Source of the DNA: Antedon mediterranea
Lineage: Eukaryota > Animalia > Echinodermata
Assembly: GCF_964355755.1 (NCBI RefSeq)
Contig: NC_092679.1
Location: 10,089,432 to 10,153,431, forward strand
Direction: 5' to 3'
Length of the DNA stretch: 64,000 nt
Positions 36,936 to 51,121 of the stretch are shown here, in pieces (positions within the stretch are counted from its first letter, which is position 1; each line of letters opens with the position of its first letter). The translations under genes and the position numbers were made by a program. Under the pieces are notes generated by a model that was not told where the DNA came from, did not search any database, and saw nothing but the letters and a program-made list of their open reading frames with translations.

Positions 36936-37075
36936 GCTACCTGGGTAACGTCCTAATACGGCGTTATAACGCCCTAATTACGGCGTTATAACGCCCTAAT
37001 TATTATAAAATAATTTTTTTCTTTGGCGGAAATCAGCCACCGTAGGTTCCCCCTCCTGCTTGGAATAACTTTTCA

Positions 37076-37924
37076 CAGAGCCATATATAGAGAGAGTTAC
37101 GACTTTGCGTTCACGGATTTTAGAAAGTCACGTGGTGTGCAGGCCGGCCATGTTTTTGTCCAACTATGCGTCCAACTATGCCTATAATAATGTCTTGGGT
37201 AACTTTTGTATAGATATTTTGTACTTTTTAATCTTCACGTTGTTTTTAATGTTGTAATTTTGTATTTTATTGTTGGATGATTTTGTTTTGCTGTAGGCCC
37301 TAGCATTTATTCTTTTGTTATTATAGACACAATATATAATGTTACCAAATTAATACCATTAATAAAATTAATTACTAAAATAAAAACGAAATATAAGCGT
37401 TATTTCATAGACAAAAAAATCTAAAAATAATGCATGAACTATAGGAAAACGCTATACAAAAGAGATGCGCGAGCCCCCAGCGTGCGAATTCTTTGACACA
37501 AAAATAGCTCTATTCTATCCCACAATGCCTTTCGAAATTGTTACGCGCTTCGGACGAACAGGAGATTCTTGTGTTATAAGTTCTTTGACAAAAAATGTAA
37601 AAAAAGTGCATTACTATAGAGAATCGCTGTACAAACTAAACGCGCACGCGTAGAGCGTGCATGGAGCGCACAACCAGAGCCGTTCCGAAATTGCTATTTT
37701 TGTTGTTTCATGTTCGCAGTAACTTTATAATTTTTTTATTATTTTAACAAAAACCTTTAATCAAATTGATTGTTTTGATATTAAATTCGATAATTAAAGC
37801 CTTTTAAACATTTTCGAAACAAAACACTCAACTCCATACGCTACATAGGAATAGTTGGACACACAAACACGGCTTCTAATCCATTCAATGCCGTAACTCT
37901 CTCTATTATATATATATGGCTCTG
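37076..37924. mobile_element. hAT-type MITE
   Basis: ACTTTTCA|CAGAGCCATATATA..AGAGAGAGTTACG ... CGTAACTCTCTCT..TATATATGGCTCTG|ACTTTTCA: perfect 8-bp TSD with CAG termini. Confidence 0.9.
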
Positions 37925-40079
37925 ACTTTTCAGTCTGGAGTACTAGTCCATGGGATTTAGCTAAAAAATGACCCTTTTCTCACACAAATTGCAAGAAAAG
38001 TTTTTTTTGATGAAATGTGTTCTTTAGACAGTACTGAACACATTTATCAACGTTAGGACATTTTTCGACAACAGGAAGTAGCCTAATTTGCATAATTAAA
38101 AATGGCCGCCATTTTTAATAACGTACTCTGTATCTTGGGAACCGCTAGTCACAGATACTTAATTATGGTGTCAAAATCGTTAGAATATATGTTTTTATAT
38201 TCACTTTAATGAAAAAGTTTGTCCAAAAATGAATGGAAGTGCTATTTCTAACATTATTGACCTTTGACCTTGATTTATCATATCTCAGCAACCACTAATC
38301 GGAAATATACAAATTAGGGCTTAAATTGTTCAAAAACTACACATTTATATCCAGTCTAATGGCATGTTTTTGCAAAAAATGGCGGATTCTAACATTATTG
38401 ACCTTTGACCTTGATTTTTCATATCTTAGCAACCACTAATCTGAGAGACACACAATATGGCTCAAACTGTTCAGAAACTACATATTTATATTTAGTCTAA
38501 TGGCATGTTTTTGCAAAAAATGGCCGATTCTAACATTATTGACCTTTGAGCTTTGCACTACATAAAATCGCATAACTTTGAAAATATAGTACATATGAAA
38601 TTATTTTTAGTGTCAAATTATTCAGAACATACATGTTTCTATAGAGTCCAATGACACATTATGTCCAATAATGACCTATTGTATGGTTATTAACATTTGA
38701 ACTATATTTGAAAAAGATTTTTAAACCCGGAATCTTCTTCATGTAGGCATTCATTAGAACATGTGATTTGGCACTGCTTGTTTGGAATATGGTGGTAATT
38801 TAAAATGCATGTAACCAGTTGATTTAAATTAAATTTAAAAACTGAAAATATTCACTTAAAAAAAAATATTAGACTATGTATACATACATTATAGGTTTGG
38901 ATTATTAATAAATTTTTAATTAGGTCTTGCATCTTACTCAGGAGAAAGTTGGTGTTGACACTATTAACAGAGCCAACAAAAATGTAGTTTTTTTATGATA
39001 TATTGTATACTTGAAATAGGCCATGCCATTTTGCAGGTTTATTAACGTTTTTTTCAAGTTAGTAATTTATTTTTTGATCAAATTAAATTGCAATTAAATG
39101 GCATATTCAAAAAACTAATTTCTAAAGCTTATTTAGTTTATATTTTTCTAAGTATAGCATCACTCTTGAGGGCATTCTTTTAGGTTGAAACTATAGTCTT
39201 ATTAAGAAGGCATTTTCTACTAATAGACGCATTGTTGACAACTGGAATTTTAAAAGATCGATATGGCTATCGAGACTCCTAATTAGGCTGACCACCACTT
39301 GCAATATTTTCGCAGTATACATAGACCGGGCGCCCAGAAGATTTATTCATGTGAAAAGCCACAAAAGGTCTGATGGTCTGATTATGTAGATATATGGCCA
39401 AGATTCAATAATCAATATTGCTGCCGGGTTCTCTCCTGTAAATTTACCCTGGGGACACCAAATAAGAGGGGTAAAAAATGGATTTATTCATGTGAAAATC
39501 CACACGGATAAAAGTTGTTAGACATTGTTCCCATATGTGTATACAATGTTAAAACAGCAATGACAGCAACTTTATCCTGTAAGTTGCCCGAGACCGTAGC
39601 CCCAAGTGACCACTAAAAATGGTGTTATTCATGTCAAGAGCCACACGGCTAATTCCTTTTGCATTGTAACTGTTACACATTGGGGTGCACAAAAATATCA
39701 TTGACAGCAACTTTATCCTGTAAGTTGCCCCAAACAGTAGCCCCAAACAGTAGCCCAGAAATGCCCGTTGAGCCATACAAAAATTAATCACACGAAAAGC
39801 CACACGGCCAATTCCTATTTTATTCGAACTGTTACGTCTTGGGATAGACGAAAATACTCATGACAGCAACTTTATCCTGTAAGTTACCCCAGACAGTAGC
39901 CACAGACAGTAGCCCAGAAATGCCCGTTGGATCCGGGCCTACAAGATTTAATCACACGAAGAGCCACACGACCAATTCCTTTTTTATCGGAACTGTTACG
40001 TTTTGGGATTGACAAAAATACTTATGACAGCAACTTTATCCTGTAGGTTGCCCCAGACAGTAGGCCCAGAAATGCCAGG

Positions 40080-40549
40080 ACGGCACAAATGCGCTTAATC
40101 AAATTGCAGACAGTGACGAATTCTTAATGAATATGAAGAATTTTTACATCGTACTATAAAGGGTGAATTTGGCAACACTGCCGCATATTGGGCTATTTAC
40201 GTGTACCTTATCAACCGCTTGTATCGTCAATTCCAGCGTGCAGTAATAACGAATGATGTGATTCTGTACATTAATGTACTACCGTATTTGGTTGAATCAT
40301 TCTTTGCTCTGAACCGGGCAAATTATGCTCGTTGGGGTCAATTTTATTGAAAAAATGAAGAATTTGGACTTCGCAGCATTACATGTTTTTAAATCCGGTG
40401 CCTTTTCAACAAGACGAACGAAGAAAACGTACTCTAGAAGTTCAATAGATCTTACATTCGAGCAAACTGTTAACAGAGATGCTGCGTCATCGGCAACTGG
40501 AATTACAGCTTTTGCAAACTCAGAGAGTGCATTTCGTCGTTGGTGCGTA
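40080..40549 (+). pseudogene. Inverted duplicate of part of the Academ transposase
   Basis: ORF 40325 is nearly identical to ORF 42684-42349 over its first ~74 aa. The DNA is the reverse complement of 42459-42930. Confidence 0.88.
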
Positions 40550-40853
40550 ACACATGTTAAATTATTTCTACCAACAACTCCGTTACAAGGTATGACTATA
40601 AATATGTTGTTAAAGTGTTCATTTGAAATTTATATATTCAAATCATATAAAAATAATGTGTTTCTTTAACCAGTTAATGTTTGCATCATATCCATAGTAA
40701 ACTTCGGTTTCACAATCTACTATTTATGCACTATATGTGTAAAACAGACAGTAAGTTTTAAATGTAGTACTGTAATATCAACTGAAAAATATAAAACTAT
40801 GATACTAAAAGTATTAACTAACAAATTAATTCATTCACTGTATGTCTTAATTA

Positions 40854-42930
40854 TCACTGATCATCATCATCATCCTCATATTCACTCTCACTGTCACCAC
40901 TCCATGGTTGGCTATCATAGTCAATGTCTTCTACTTCACTATCTTTAGAAATATCTCTATCGAAATCATACACGACTGCATCCTTTGCTTCATCACTCAT
41001 TACGTTTCTGGATTCGCATTCTGCGTCTTTCAACTCTTCTGGCAGAGATGTTCCTTCAAACCAACGAGGCACATAATAACCATCTTCATCGTCAAAAGTC
41101 ATCTAAAATTCAGCGGATGCAGATGTTTTGTTGGTTCTGGGGTGTTACTCGCCTCCATACCATAGATATATAGTTGCCCGTAAAATATGTTGATAAAGTG
41201 TTTTGCTGTATGGCGGTAATGATGAACAGTTTATTTTCTTCACCTGAACACCCTTCCTACCCTATGTCATCTTAATAAATGACTGATACCTTGCCTCATT
41301 TATGTCATTTAACGACTTGAAACCGTAAATCTGACATTTATCAATACCTTCATCACTACCGAGTAATATTAACGCAGCAATATGTTTTGAATTTTTCTCT
41401 AAATGAGTAAATAGCATTAACTTTCCCTTTCGGTAGAAAGCCGAGTTAAAATCACATCCGGTAAGGGCGTGGAAACCAACGAGTGCTTCGCTTAAACCAC
41501 GTTGTTTCTTTTCAAGTTTTCGTGAAATACGTCTATGTCAGATGACCGAACAATTTTTGTCACCTATTATTGGACCATAGTGATCATTCTAGACATCGTT
41601 TATAAGAAACTGTGCTAGAGCTTCCTTAAATTCTCTATTCTTTAATAGATCTATACCTTTCTTTTGCTGTTGTTGATCCGGTCCTGTTATAATGAATGTG
41701 TTCTTGGCGTTCTGCTCTGCACCTCTCTTTAATATTTCGACATCTTTGATTGATGGTTCTATATATATGACCAGCAACAGGTGAACTGAATTTCCACTTG
41801 CTGAACATACCTTAATCATGATATCTGCAACGATTTTCCCATATGTAGACACATTATGACGAGGTAAAACTTTATGCAGAACAAGTCCGCCATCAAAGAG
41901 AGTTGTGTCGGTCACGGGAGTGTCTTCCTTATGTGAACCAGATTGTCTTGTTCCTAAAATCTTCGCAAGAATTGCCTTTTCTGTTTTGTTGGAGTACCAT
42001 CGGAATGTGCAATAGCTATTGGTATTTCAATGATCGGAAAACTTAGTACATAATGCAAATCTGTAGTCGTCTTTGATAACAAGTATCCAAAAGCATCACG
42101 AACACCGTCAGCTGCACCAAGAGCTTTTGTTGCATTTAATGATTTCTTCTTCATGTTTGAAGCAGCAAAATTGCGCACCTTTATACGCTTGACCGTCTAT
42201 AATAATCTTGTTTCGTCTGAAACACATTCTTTGTGAAATAGCTGCCGTGATAAGGCTCCTTTCTGTAGTGTTCCCAGCAAATATGTACTTGTTATGTCAT
42301 TTGCAGCTTTACCTGGTGAATCAGTGGCGAATGGATTGCATGTACTATTTAGCTTAATGAGTCTACATCATTATTATCTCTCTCAATCCTCCGTCGACGT
42401 AACTGGTTAGCTGGTGTTGAATTCCACTCATGGACAGCCATACTCCGTTGAGTGAGACTTACGCACCAACGACAAAATGCACTCTCTGAGTTCGCAAAAG
42501 CTGTAATTCCAGTTGCCGATGACGCAGCATCTCTGTTAACAGTTTGCTCGAATGTAAGATCTATTGAACTTCTAGAGTACGTTTTCTTCGTTCGTCTTGT
42601 TGAAAAGGCACCGGCTTTAAAAACATGTAATGCTGCGAAGTCCAAATTCTTCATTTTTTCAATAAAATTGACCCCAACGAGCATAATTTGCCCGGTTCAG
42701 AGCAAAGAATGATTCAACCAAATACGGTAGTACATTAATGTACAGAATCACATCATTCGTTATTACTGCACGCTGGAATTGACGATACAAGCGGTTGATA
42801 AGGTACACGTAAATAGCCCAATATGCGGCAGTGTTGCCAAATTCACCCTTTATAGTACGATGTAAAAATTCTTCATATTCATTAAGAATTCGTCACTGTC
42901 TGCAATTTGATTAAGCGCATTTGTGCCGTC
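40854..42930 (-). pseudogene. C-terminal part of an Academ-type transposase with XPG-like nuclease motifs, multiply frameshifted
   Basis: FFALNRANYARWG (~42675-42712), DLTFEQTVNRDAAS..TGI, PIAIAHSDG, FDGGLVLH, ALVGFHALTGCDFNSAFYRKGK (~41422-41487), LPPYSKTLYQHILRA, YVPRWFEG and an acidic tail. Confidence 0.78.
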
Positions 42931-44822
42931 CGGGCATTTCTGGGCCTACTGTCTGGGGCAACTTACAGGATAAAGTTGCTGTCATGAGTATTTTCGTCTA
43001 TCCCAAGACGTAACAGTTCCAATAAAATAGGAATTGGCCGTGTGGCTCTTCGTGTGATTAATTTTTGTATGGCTCAACGGGCATTTCTGGGCTACTGTCT
43101 GGGGCTACTGTTTGGGGCAACTTACAGGATAAAGTTGCTGTCAATGATATTTTTGTGCACCCCAATGTGTAACAGTTACAATGCAAAAGGAATTAGCCGT
43201 GTGGCTCTTGACATGAATAACACAATTTTTAGTGGTCACTTGGGGCTACTGTCTCGGGCAACTTACAGGATAAAGTTGCTGTCATTGCTGTTTTAACATT
43301 GTATACACATGGGAACAATGTCTAACAACTTTTATCCGTGTGGATTTTCACATGAATAAATCCATTTTTTACCCCTCTTATTTGGTGTCCCCAGGGTAAA
43401 TTTACAGGAGAGAACCCGGCAGCAATATTGATTATTGAATCTTGGCCATATATCTACATAATCAGACCATCAGACCTTTTGTGGCTTTTCACATGAATAA
43501 ATCTTCTGGGCGCCCGGTCTAACAGTAAAAACCTCAGTTTCTTATGGAATTTATTTATTTATTTCAATAACCATATACAGTACGACTACTAGTGGTGTAT
43601 AGTTTTTAACCTTTTATAACTTGTTTTTGTACTTTTTTTACGTGAATGTATTGTTTATGTACCATGTTTCTATGTGGTTTAATTTTTACCATTTTTTAAC
43701 CATCAATGTTAATGCTTTTAATATAAATATCTTGTAATTCAGCTTCAGCTGCAAAAACGATAAGAAATAAAATAAACAAACGTGTAAACTTATAGGCAGT
43801 TTATGGATGAATGCAATAGTTTATGCTTATAAATTTAATGTACCATGGCCTACTTTAAACTAAACATAATAATTCAACGTTGCAACTCTTACATTTTAGA
43901 GTGCCAAATCACATGTTCTAATGAATGCCTACATGAAGAAGATTCCGGGTTTAAAAATCTTTTTCAATTATAGTTCAAATGTTAATAACCATACAATAGG
44001 TCATTATTGGACATAATGTGTCATTGGACTCTATAGAAACATGTATGTTCTGAATAATTTGACACTAAAATAATTTCATATGTACTATATTTTCAAAGTT
44101 ATGCGATTTTATGTAGTGCAAAGTTCAAAGGTCAATAATGTTAGAATCGGCCATTTTTTGCAAAAACATGCCATTAGACTAAATATAAATATGTAGTTTC
44201 TGAACAGTTTGAGCCATATTGTGTGTCTCTCAGATTAGTGGTTGCTAAGATATAAAAAATCAAGGTCAAAAGTCAATAATGTTAGAATCCGCCATTTTTT
44301 GCAAAAACATGCCATTAGACTGGATATAAATGTGTAGTTTCTGAACAATTTAAGCCCTAATTTGTATATCTCCGATTAGTGGTTGCTGAGATATGATAAA
44401 TCAAGGTCAAAGGTCAATAATGTTAGAAATAGCACTTCCATTCATTTTTGGACAAACTTTTTCATTAAAGTGAATATAAAAACATATATTCTAACGATTT
44501 TGACACCATAATTAAATATCTGTGACTAGCGGTTTCCAAGATACAGAGTACGTTATTAAAAATGGCGGCCATTATTAATTATGCAAATTAGGCTACTTCC
44601 TGTTGTCGAAAAATGTCCTAACGTTGATAAATGTGTTCAGTACTGTCTAAAGAACACATTTCATCAAAAAAACCTTTTCTTGTAATTTGTGTGAGTTAAA
44701 AGTCTAAATCCCATGGACTATACGCCCTCTAGCCTTCGGCTTATTACATCTCGCTGGTGGTGCCTGTAGTACGCAGCATGCATGGGAGTGATAAATACAG
44801 GCAGGATCTTTGTGGTGACTAC

Positions 44823-45831
44823 TGTTTCGATATTCAAACTGATAAAAAACTCGTGAACTCAGATTGACTTGAATACTGGATTTATTGTGTCCCAACTGAT
44901 TATCTCAAGTAGGTTGTTCGAACCTATCAATAAAAATACAATACTATACGTAAATCTTAGAACGTTTAACTCAGTAACAAATGTATAATCTAAGCTATTG
45001 ATAATTAAAATTAAAGTTCAGCTCATGATCAAAGTGTATACTTAAACTTACACTTTTCGACATCCAAAACTCAACTCAAATTACTCAACAGCTTGAACAT
45101 TGAAATGTTAAATATCACCTAAAAAAAACACAAGAACGTTTATACATGTTAAATCATTCCGTAAAATTGTAAGCTCAAAACTAATAAAAGTAGATCAAAT
45201 CAAAGTAATAAAATCTCTTCTTATCTTTCTACACTCAGAAACTTCTAACCCCAAAATACCATTAATCAGGGATCAACATTCACGAGCCGAACCCCAACCT
45301 CAGCACAATAGAAACTCAAAATGATATCAATCTGCGTTATGTACTTGTGTAGAACATTACTAACATTTTACTCTTACATTAATACACTGATAGAATATAG
45401 TTCCAATAATATAATGTTCTTAAACATCTACAACTAACTTTGCATTACTAATACATATGCCGTATCATTCAATCCACAACTTAGTTCAACCATAAGCTAT
45501 AATGTTGATTAAGTAATTAAACATACCGTAGTAATTTCCTTTCAAACTTTAAGTTCACTAACTATCTATACTGTTACCGTATTTATATACTATGATTTCG
45601 GCATTTAAATCGTTCTAATATAACTAATACTTTTATAATCACGTTTAATACAATAAAATAGATTAACTCACCGATCGTTTCTTAAAATACTCTTAAACAA
45701 CGGCGTTAATTTACTCAATTATTTCTCTTAATGTTTTCACGTTTTCTCAGAAAAGTATGCAGTCTTCTCACGTGTATTACTGTAAAACCACAACTTTGTA
45801 GAGGGCGTTAATTCCTTTCTCTAACGAAACA
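44823..45831 (-). repeat. 3' LTR (1009 bp)
   Basis: Direct repeat of 51122-52123. By eye there are about 7 substitutions and one 7-bp indel. Confidence 0.96.
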
Positions 45832-45894
45832 CTCCCCCCACCTTAATACAATTACTAAAATTACATATGTTTATTTTTTGTTTGTTTGTTTGTT

Positions 45895-48800
45895 TTAACT
45901 CTCTTCAACAGGTAGTAATAATACCAATCTCTGAATTGCTCTTCTCAATCTTGTTATAGCTCCAGTATTTGTTGTCGATCGTACAATCACGTTGCGCACT
46001 CTATCATCATTGCTAACAATTGCTTCTTCAACTACTCCTGTCTTCCATTTACCTCGCTTAATTCCTTCTTCTTGTATTAATACTACGTCGCCAACTTTCA
46101 AGTTCCTACATTCCGATCTCCATTTCTTTTTCACAATCAATGACGTAAAATAACATTTGGTCCATTTCTGCCAGAACTCCTCTATCAGACACTACATGTA
46201 TCTCATCCTTCTCGCATGACCTCCCCTGTCATTCCATGGTCCCATAGGTGCCGCTTTATCAGATCTACCCAGCAACAAGTCGTTCGGACAAAGATACGTG
46301 CCATCTTCCGGACTAGTAGGATGTTGACCTATTGGTCTACTATTTAGCAGATCCGATATTTCAAATAACACGATCTGTAGCTCCTCAAATGACAACACTT
46401 GTTCACCTACTGTATGAAATAGTGCTTTCTTTATGCCTTTAATTAAAGACTCAGTAACCCCATTTTGCCAAGGAGCATCCGGCGTACTATATGTCCGCTT
46501 AACATTATACTCCAGCGACGATTTCTTGAGTGTCTCATGCATCGCTGCCAACTGTGACCCACAGTCCGTAAATACTTCTGCTGGATATCCTCTTATCGCA
46601 GAAAACCTCCTAAATACTTTCTGCACTGCACCCTCACTGTAGTCAACCGCCAAATCGAGATGCACAGCTCTAGTCACTAGACAGTTTAGTATCACTCCAT
46701 ACGCCTTGCCGTGAGTCCTCTTCTGGACTTCACCTCTTACTCTGAATGGGCCGAACAGATCACACCCTACATAAGTCCACGGGGGTGACGGTTTTAGTCT
46801 TTGGATAGGTAGTGATCCCATAATTTGTTCCTGCACTTTCCCTTCAAGGCGTCTGCAACCCATACACTTGTTTCTTACTGATGATACTATGCGCCTTAAT
46901 CGGATTATCCAATATTTTGCTCTAACCTTTGCCATAGTAGCGCTCACTCCACTGTGAGATAATTTATGTACCTTCTCGGTATAAAGGTGAGTCCCGTGTT
47001 CTCTGAACGTAGGGGAATGAGCTGTTAGGAGCTCATTGTACTAAGCCTCGGCATTATGTGGTAGGGTGGCCAGTTCCTTTCCACGCCGCCTTTTCTCCCT
47101 AGTATTTTCAACCAGGTACTCATTTACAGCTGAGTGGACTGGGAGTTGTCGGGAATTGAACCCGGGTCTATCTGTATGACAGTCAAGTGTCCTAACCACT
47201 CGGCTATCCAACTCCTTGTCGGTATACAACTTAGAAAACGTATGATCTGTTGGAAGTAGAGGTACTAGTTTGTTATTGTAACTGAAATGAACATGGTTCT
47301 TGATTCTCTCTCCCACTACCACAATTCCATCTTCGTCTATCATCGGTCCTAAGCTACCATATTTGTTCGTAAATGCTACTGGCGTTTTAATCTTTAAGTC
47401 TCTTATCGGGCGTTGTACAGTCTTGATCCAATACCGTTCGGCTTCATATATGTCGTTCTCGTTCAGATCTATTCCAGCGGACTTAAAGCTTTTTTGCTTT
47501 GCTATGCGCTTAACCATGGCGGTTGTTTTTAACAATTTGTCGAAGCTTCCAAATCTTTTAATGTTAATAGGGCTTTCTATCACTTCCTCTACGTCTGCCA
47601 CCATGATCACTCCAACTCTTTCTGGTATGTCCGAAACGCTACAACTCTGAGAGATTGGCCATTGCTCTAAAGGATTTCTCATGAATTCTGGCCCCTGGAA
47701 CCACTGTTTATTTTCTTCTAAACATTTGCTCGTAATACTCCTAGAAATAATATCTGCAATGTTATCTTTGCCGGCAACCCAGAACCAGTCAGTAGAGTCA
47801 CTAAACTGCTGAATTTCTCCTATCCTTGTCGCAGCGAATGTTTTAAAACCATAGCTTTCTTTCTGTATCATGGATCGGACAATTTCGCTGTCTACTAGGT
47901 ATAAAACCCTTACAAACGGGATTCTGCTCTCTTCTCTGATTGTTTTTGCTAGTCGCACACTCATTACTGCCGCGCTCAACTCCAACCTGACTATACTTGT
48001 TATTCTCACGGGGGCAACTCTACTTTTAGCAGCCATCAAGCGAGATTCGAATACCCCAAGATTCGTCTCATATCTGATGTAGGCAACTGTCCCCATAGCT
48101 TCTTCTGAGGCATCTGAGAACATTATCAACTTAGGGTTTTCGCTTTGTTTGCTTGGTTTTACACTTCGAGGTATTGACACCTTTTCGCAATTTTTAACAT
48201 CCTTTAGAAAGCTGCGCCATTCGTCTAAGTCTCCCGGCTCAATTTCTTGATCCCAATCCACCTTCTTTCCCCACAAATTTCTCAGTAGTATCTTCGCTCT
48301 TAGTCAGGCTTCCTACTTCTTCGCAGTACGTTGGTACTGGTACCTTTAGCTTATCGTCTCGGGGTTCCATTCTAACCCTAAAAATGTGGTAGTGTCCATG
48401 TTTACACCTGAGATGGTCCATTCTTTTACATTGAAACTTCCTTTGCTCAGTATAGCGTTGATCTCTTCGGATCTCTCGTAGGCCTTTTCTACGGTCTGTA
48501 GATTATCGGCTATATCGTCCATATACACGTTTTCCTGTAGCGTTTGTGCTGCTTCCGGAAACAGTTCTGCTGAAAGCTCTGCTGTCTTTTGTAGTGCTCT
48601 TATAGCCATAGTAGCAGATGGTCCATCTCCAAAATTTACCGCTGTGACACAATAAGTGTGAATTGGACGATCTATCTCCATATTCCTCCAAAGAAAGCGA
48701 TGGGTATGCTGGTTCAACATTGAAATATCAATACTGTGGTACATTTTCTTGATATCTCCTACTAAAGCAACTTGTTCTCTTCTAAATCGAAATAGAACGG

Positions 48801-51087
48801 CCAACAAGTTATTGTTAACGTCTGGTCCTTTGGCCCAATATTCGTTCAGCACATGGCCCTTATAGTTTGCACTACTGTTAAAAACAATTCTTAAAGGTGT
48901 ACTTTTACTGTCCGGTTTTGCTATTCCGTGATGTGATATGTAGTGAACAGGTCCTTTATAGCTCCTCATCTCACTGTCAGATAACTTACGAGCAACTTTC
49001 CGCTCTAACATATCATCCATCTGTGAAGCATAGTACTCTGCATATTTCTCATTTTTCTGCAATCTCTTTTCGGTTGCTCTCAGTTTCGCTTCCGCAACCG
49101 ATCGGTTGTCCGGTAAATCTTTAGGATCTCTGATCCATGGATATTTGGCTGTCCATTTACCATCTGAATAACTCAAACCTTCGTCAATAAGATTCAGTTC
49201 TCTTTCTTCCTTTAGGGTAAATCGTTTGGACCCAATGGGACAATTGCCACACTTGCAACTTCTGCACTTCGGATTGCAAGCAACTACCATACTTTCTATA
49301 TCAAGGAATTGCGAAGAAACCTGTTTTTCTATGTACGTAAGATTGGTTGCGTTAGACTCACTCCGACACACAGGATGTTTACCAAGAATCATTACTCCAA
49401 ACGTCCCTTCACATAGAGCCAATTCCCCTTCAGTCCGCAGAATGTTCGGAAATAGACTTGCATTGTCTGCTCCTATCAACAATTTTACTGCACCTGTAGG
49501 TCTCTCTATCAGATGCTTTTCCACCTTAAAGATGTCAGCTAACTTCTCAGTGTCTTGAGGGAGTAGTCTGTTTGTAATGCGTGGCATCCCAAATACTTCT
49601 ATTTTAATATATCCATTATACTTCGTCTTTAGCGGCAATGTATAACTGAATGTCTCGATTTGCTCAGTTTCACCGCCAAATTTTGTCACGGAGACTGTCA
49701 GCGGCTTTCCTTTCAACTTTAGTTTTTCAGCTACGTCTGCCAATATAACGGATGACGTACTGGCCGTATCAAACATCGCGTTGACTTTGGTTCCCCCTTT
49801 CGTTATCACGCTCTTGGCCATTAAGATACACGGCGCGTCAGTGCCGGTACTAGTCTGTTGCGACGTTGCGGTGTTCTGAGTATTTTTTGAAGCTGGCTCT
49901 TTTTTCGGTGGAAAATGAATTAACGGGTGATGCTTCCTACTGCATCCATCCTTTCCACAATTTCCCAACTTACATGTTTTCACTTGATGCCCATGTTTTT
50001 GAGGCATCTGAAACAAACTCTTTTCTGTTTGATGACCTCTATTCGTTCTTGCATTGACATGGCCTTAAAACCTTTGCAGTCTTGCGTTTGGTGTTTAGCA
50101 TTGTCATGTAAGATACAAGCAGCAATATCTGTGGGCTTCTCTGTAAATACCGTATTGACAATGCTGCGATGCTGTTTTGGTCTCTGATTAGTTTCGTGTA
50201 AGCTAGTCATCATATATTTCAAACTTTTGGCTTCTTCTTCTAGATAGTCCAAAAGAATCTTCAGTTTACCGTCTTTTTCTATTTTACCCTTCGATTGAGG
50301 ATCATGTATTAGTCTGACCCATCTTCTCTTTTGATCGTCGGGTAACCTACTCTCAATTTCACTTATTACTCTGGTATTGTTCATCTCGTGCTCTATTGCC
50401 ATCCGCTTCAGATTTCGATGGCATGCTGAAATTAGATCTATGAACTCAACAAATTGTTTCTCTTCTCCTTCCTTTAAAGGATTTTGCTTCAGAATGTCCC
50501 CTATGAGCGCATTGACCAGCTTGTGTCTATCGCCATATTTCTCGTCTAGTAGGGTCCACATTTGCTCATAATCGTCTTCCTGCTTGTACAACTTTATTCA
50601 CCTCGTTACCTAAACAAGACCGGAGTCTGAAAGGCAACTGCTCTGGATGTGTAGCCTTTTCCACAAATTTCTTAAAGTCAGTCTTAAACCTCGTGTATGT
50701 CTTCTTTATGTCCCCATTGAATTTCGGCAACTCCATTTTCTTTAGCTCAATTTTATGTGTTTCGGTTTGTCTCATTCCGTCTTTGGAGTCCTTTTGTACC
50801 GCCTCTTCTTGATCTTTTCTATGTTTATAAAAGAGTAGTCTGATCGCGCTATGAACGTCTATCCGTGGTAGCATCCATGCGTCTTCTTCCGCTTCTTTGT
50901 CAGCCTCAGTCAGATCTAGTATCTTCTCGTGCGCAATCTTTAAATTTTGGAATGACTCGTCCAACTCTTCATACAAATCTTTTAATAACTCCGGTGGATG
51001 ATTTGCGTGTACCGATGTTTTCATCTCCTCTGCCTTTGTTTTAAAGCTCCGTTCTCTCCTCCGTCTGTGCCTTTTTGCATCCTCCAT
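45895..51087 (-). pseudogene. BEL/Pao gag-pol polyprotein, broken by frameshifts, a stop and a SINE
   Basis: LPKFNGD (gag), a CFRC...HHPLIH knuckle, FDTAS (protease), LRIVFN/KGPD/DIKKMY/YMDD (RT), FSDASEEA/RLEL (RNase H), DLFGP/TDCG/PWQNGVTE (integrase), and a terminal VGDVVL...RLVLL. Confidence 0.93.
46984..47213 (-). mobile_element. tRNA-derived SINE (Nin/Deu-type central motif) inserted in BEL pol
   Basis: Minus strand has TAGCCGAGTGG (A box), GGTTCAATTCC (B box) and CCACTCAGCTGTAAATGAGTACC. The 13-bp TSD is CCTT(C/G)TCGGTATA (46971-46983, 47214-47226). Removal restores FSKLYTEKVHKLSHSG. Confidence 0.88.
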
Positions 51088-51121
51088 CTCTGTGCGTTGA
51101 CAATCTTGCCAAGTGTTCGAA

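Larger units (their letters stand above)
32626..36945 (+). mobile_element. 3' half of an animal EnSpm/CACTA-type DNA transposon
   Basis: Carries a DUF4806-like spliced gene, sub-terminal CCCATATGGG-rich repeats (36125-36935) and a ...GCTACCTGGG end (CCCAG-type terminus). The left end and transposase were not seen. Confidence 0.65.
37944..44720 (-). mobile_element. Academ-type (XPG-nuclease class) DNA transposon derivative with very long inverted arms
   Basis: TAC|TAGTCCATGGGATTTAG ... CTAAATCCCATGGACTA|TAC gives TAG..CTA ends and a 3-bp TSD. Inverted arms are 37944-38775/43900-44720 and 39321-40549/42459-43521. An internal transposase remnant is present. Confidence 0.82.

Noticed and set aside
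39549-43296. Paired 84-aa ORFs 39549-39803 and 43042-43296
   Set aside because: They fall in non-coding internal repeats of the Academ arms. Their identity reflects the inverted duplication.
47150-47215. tRNA gene
   Set aside because: It is the head of a TSD-flanked SINE with imperfect stems. The same applies to 23848-23912.
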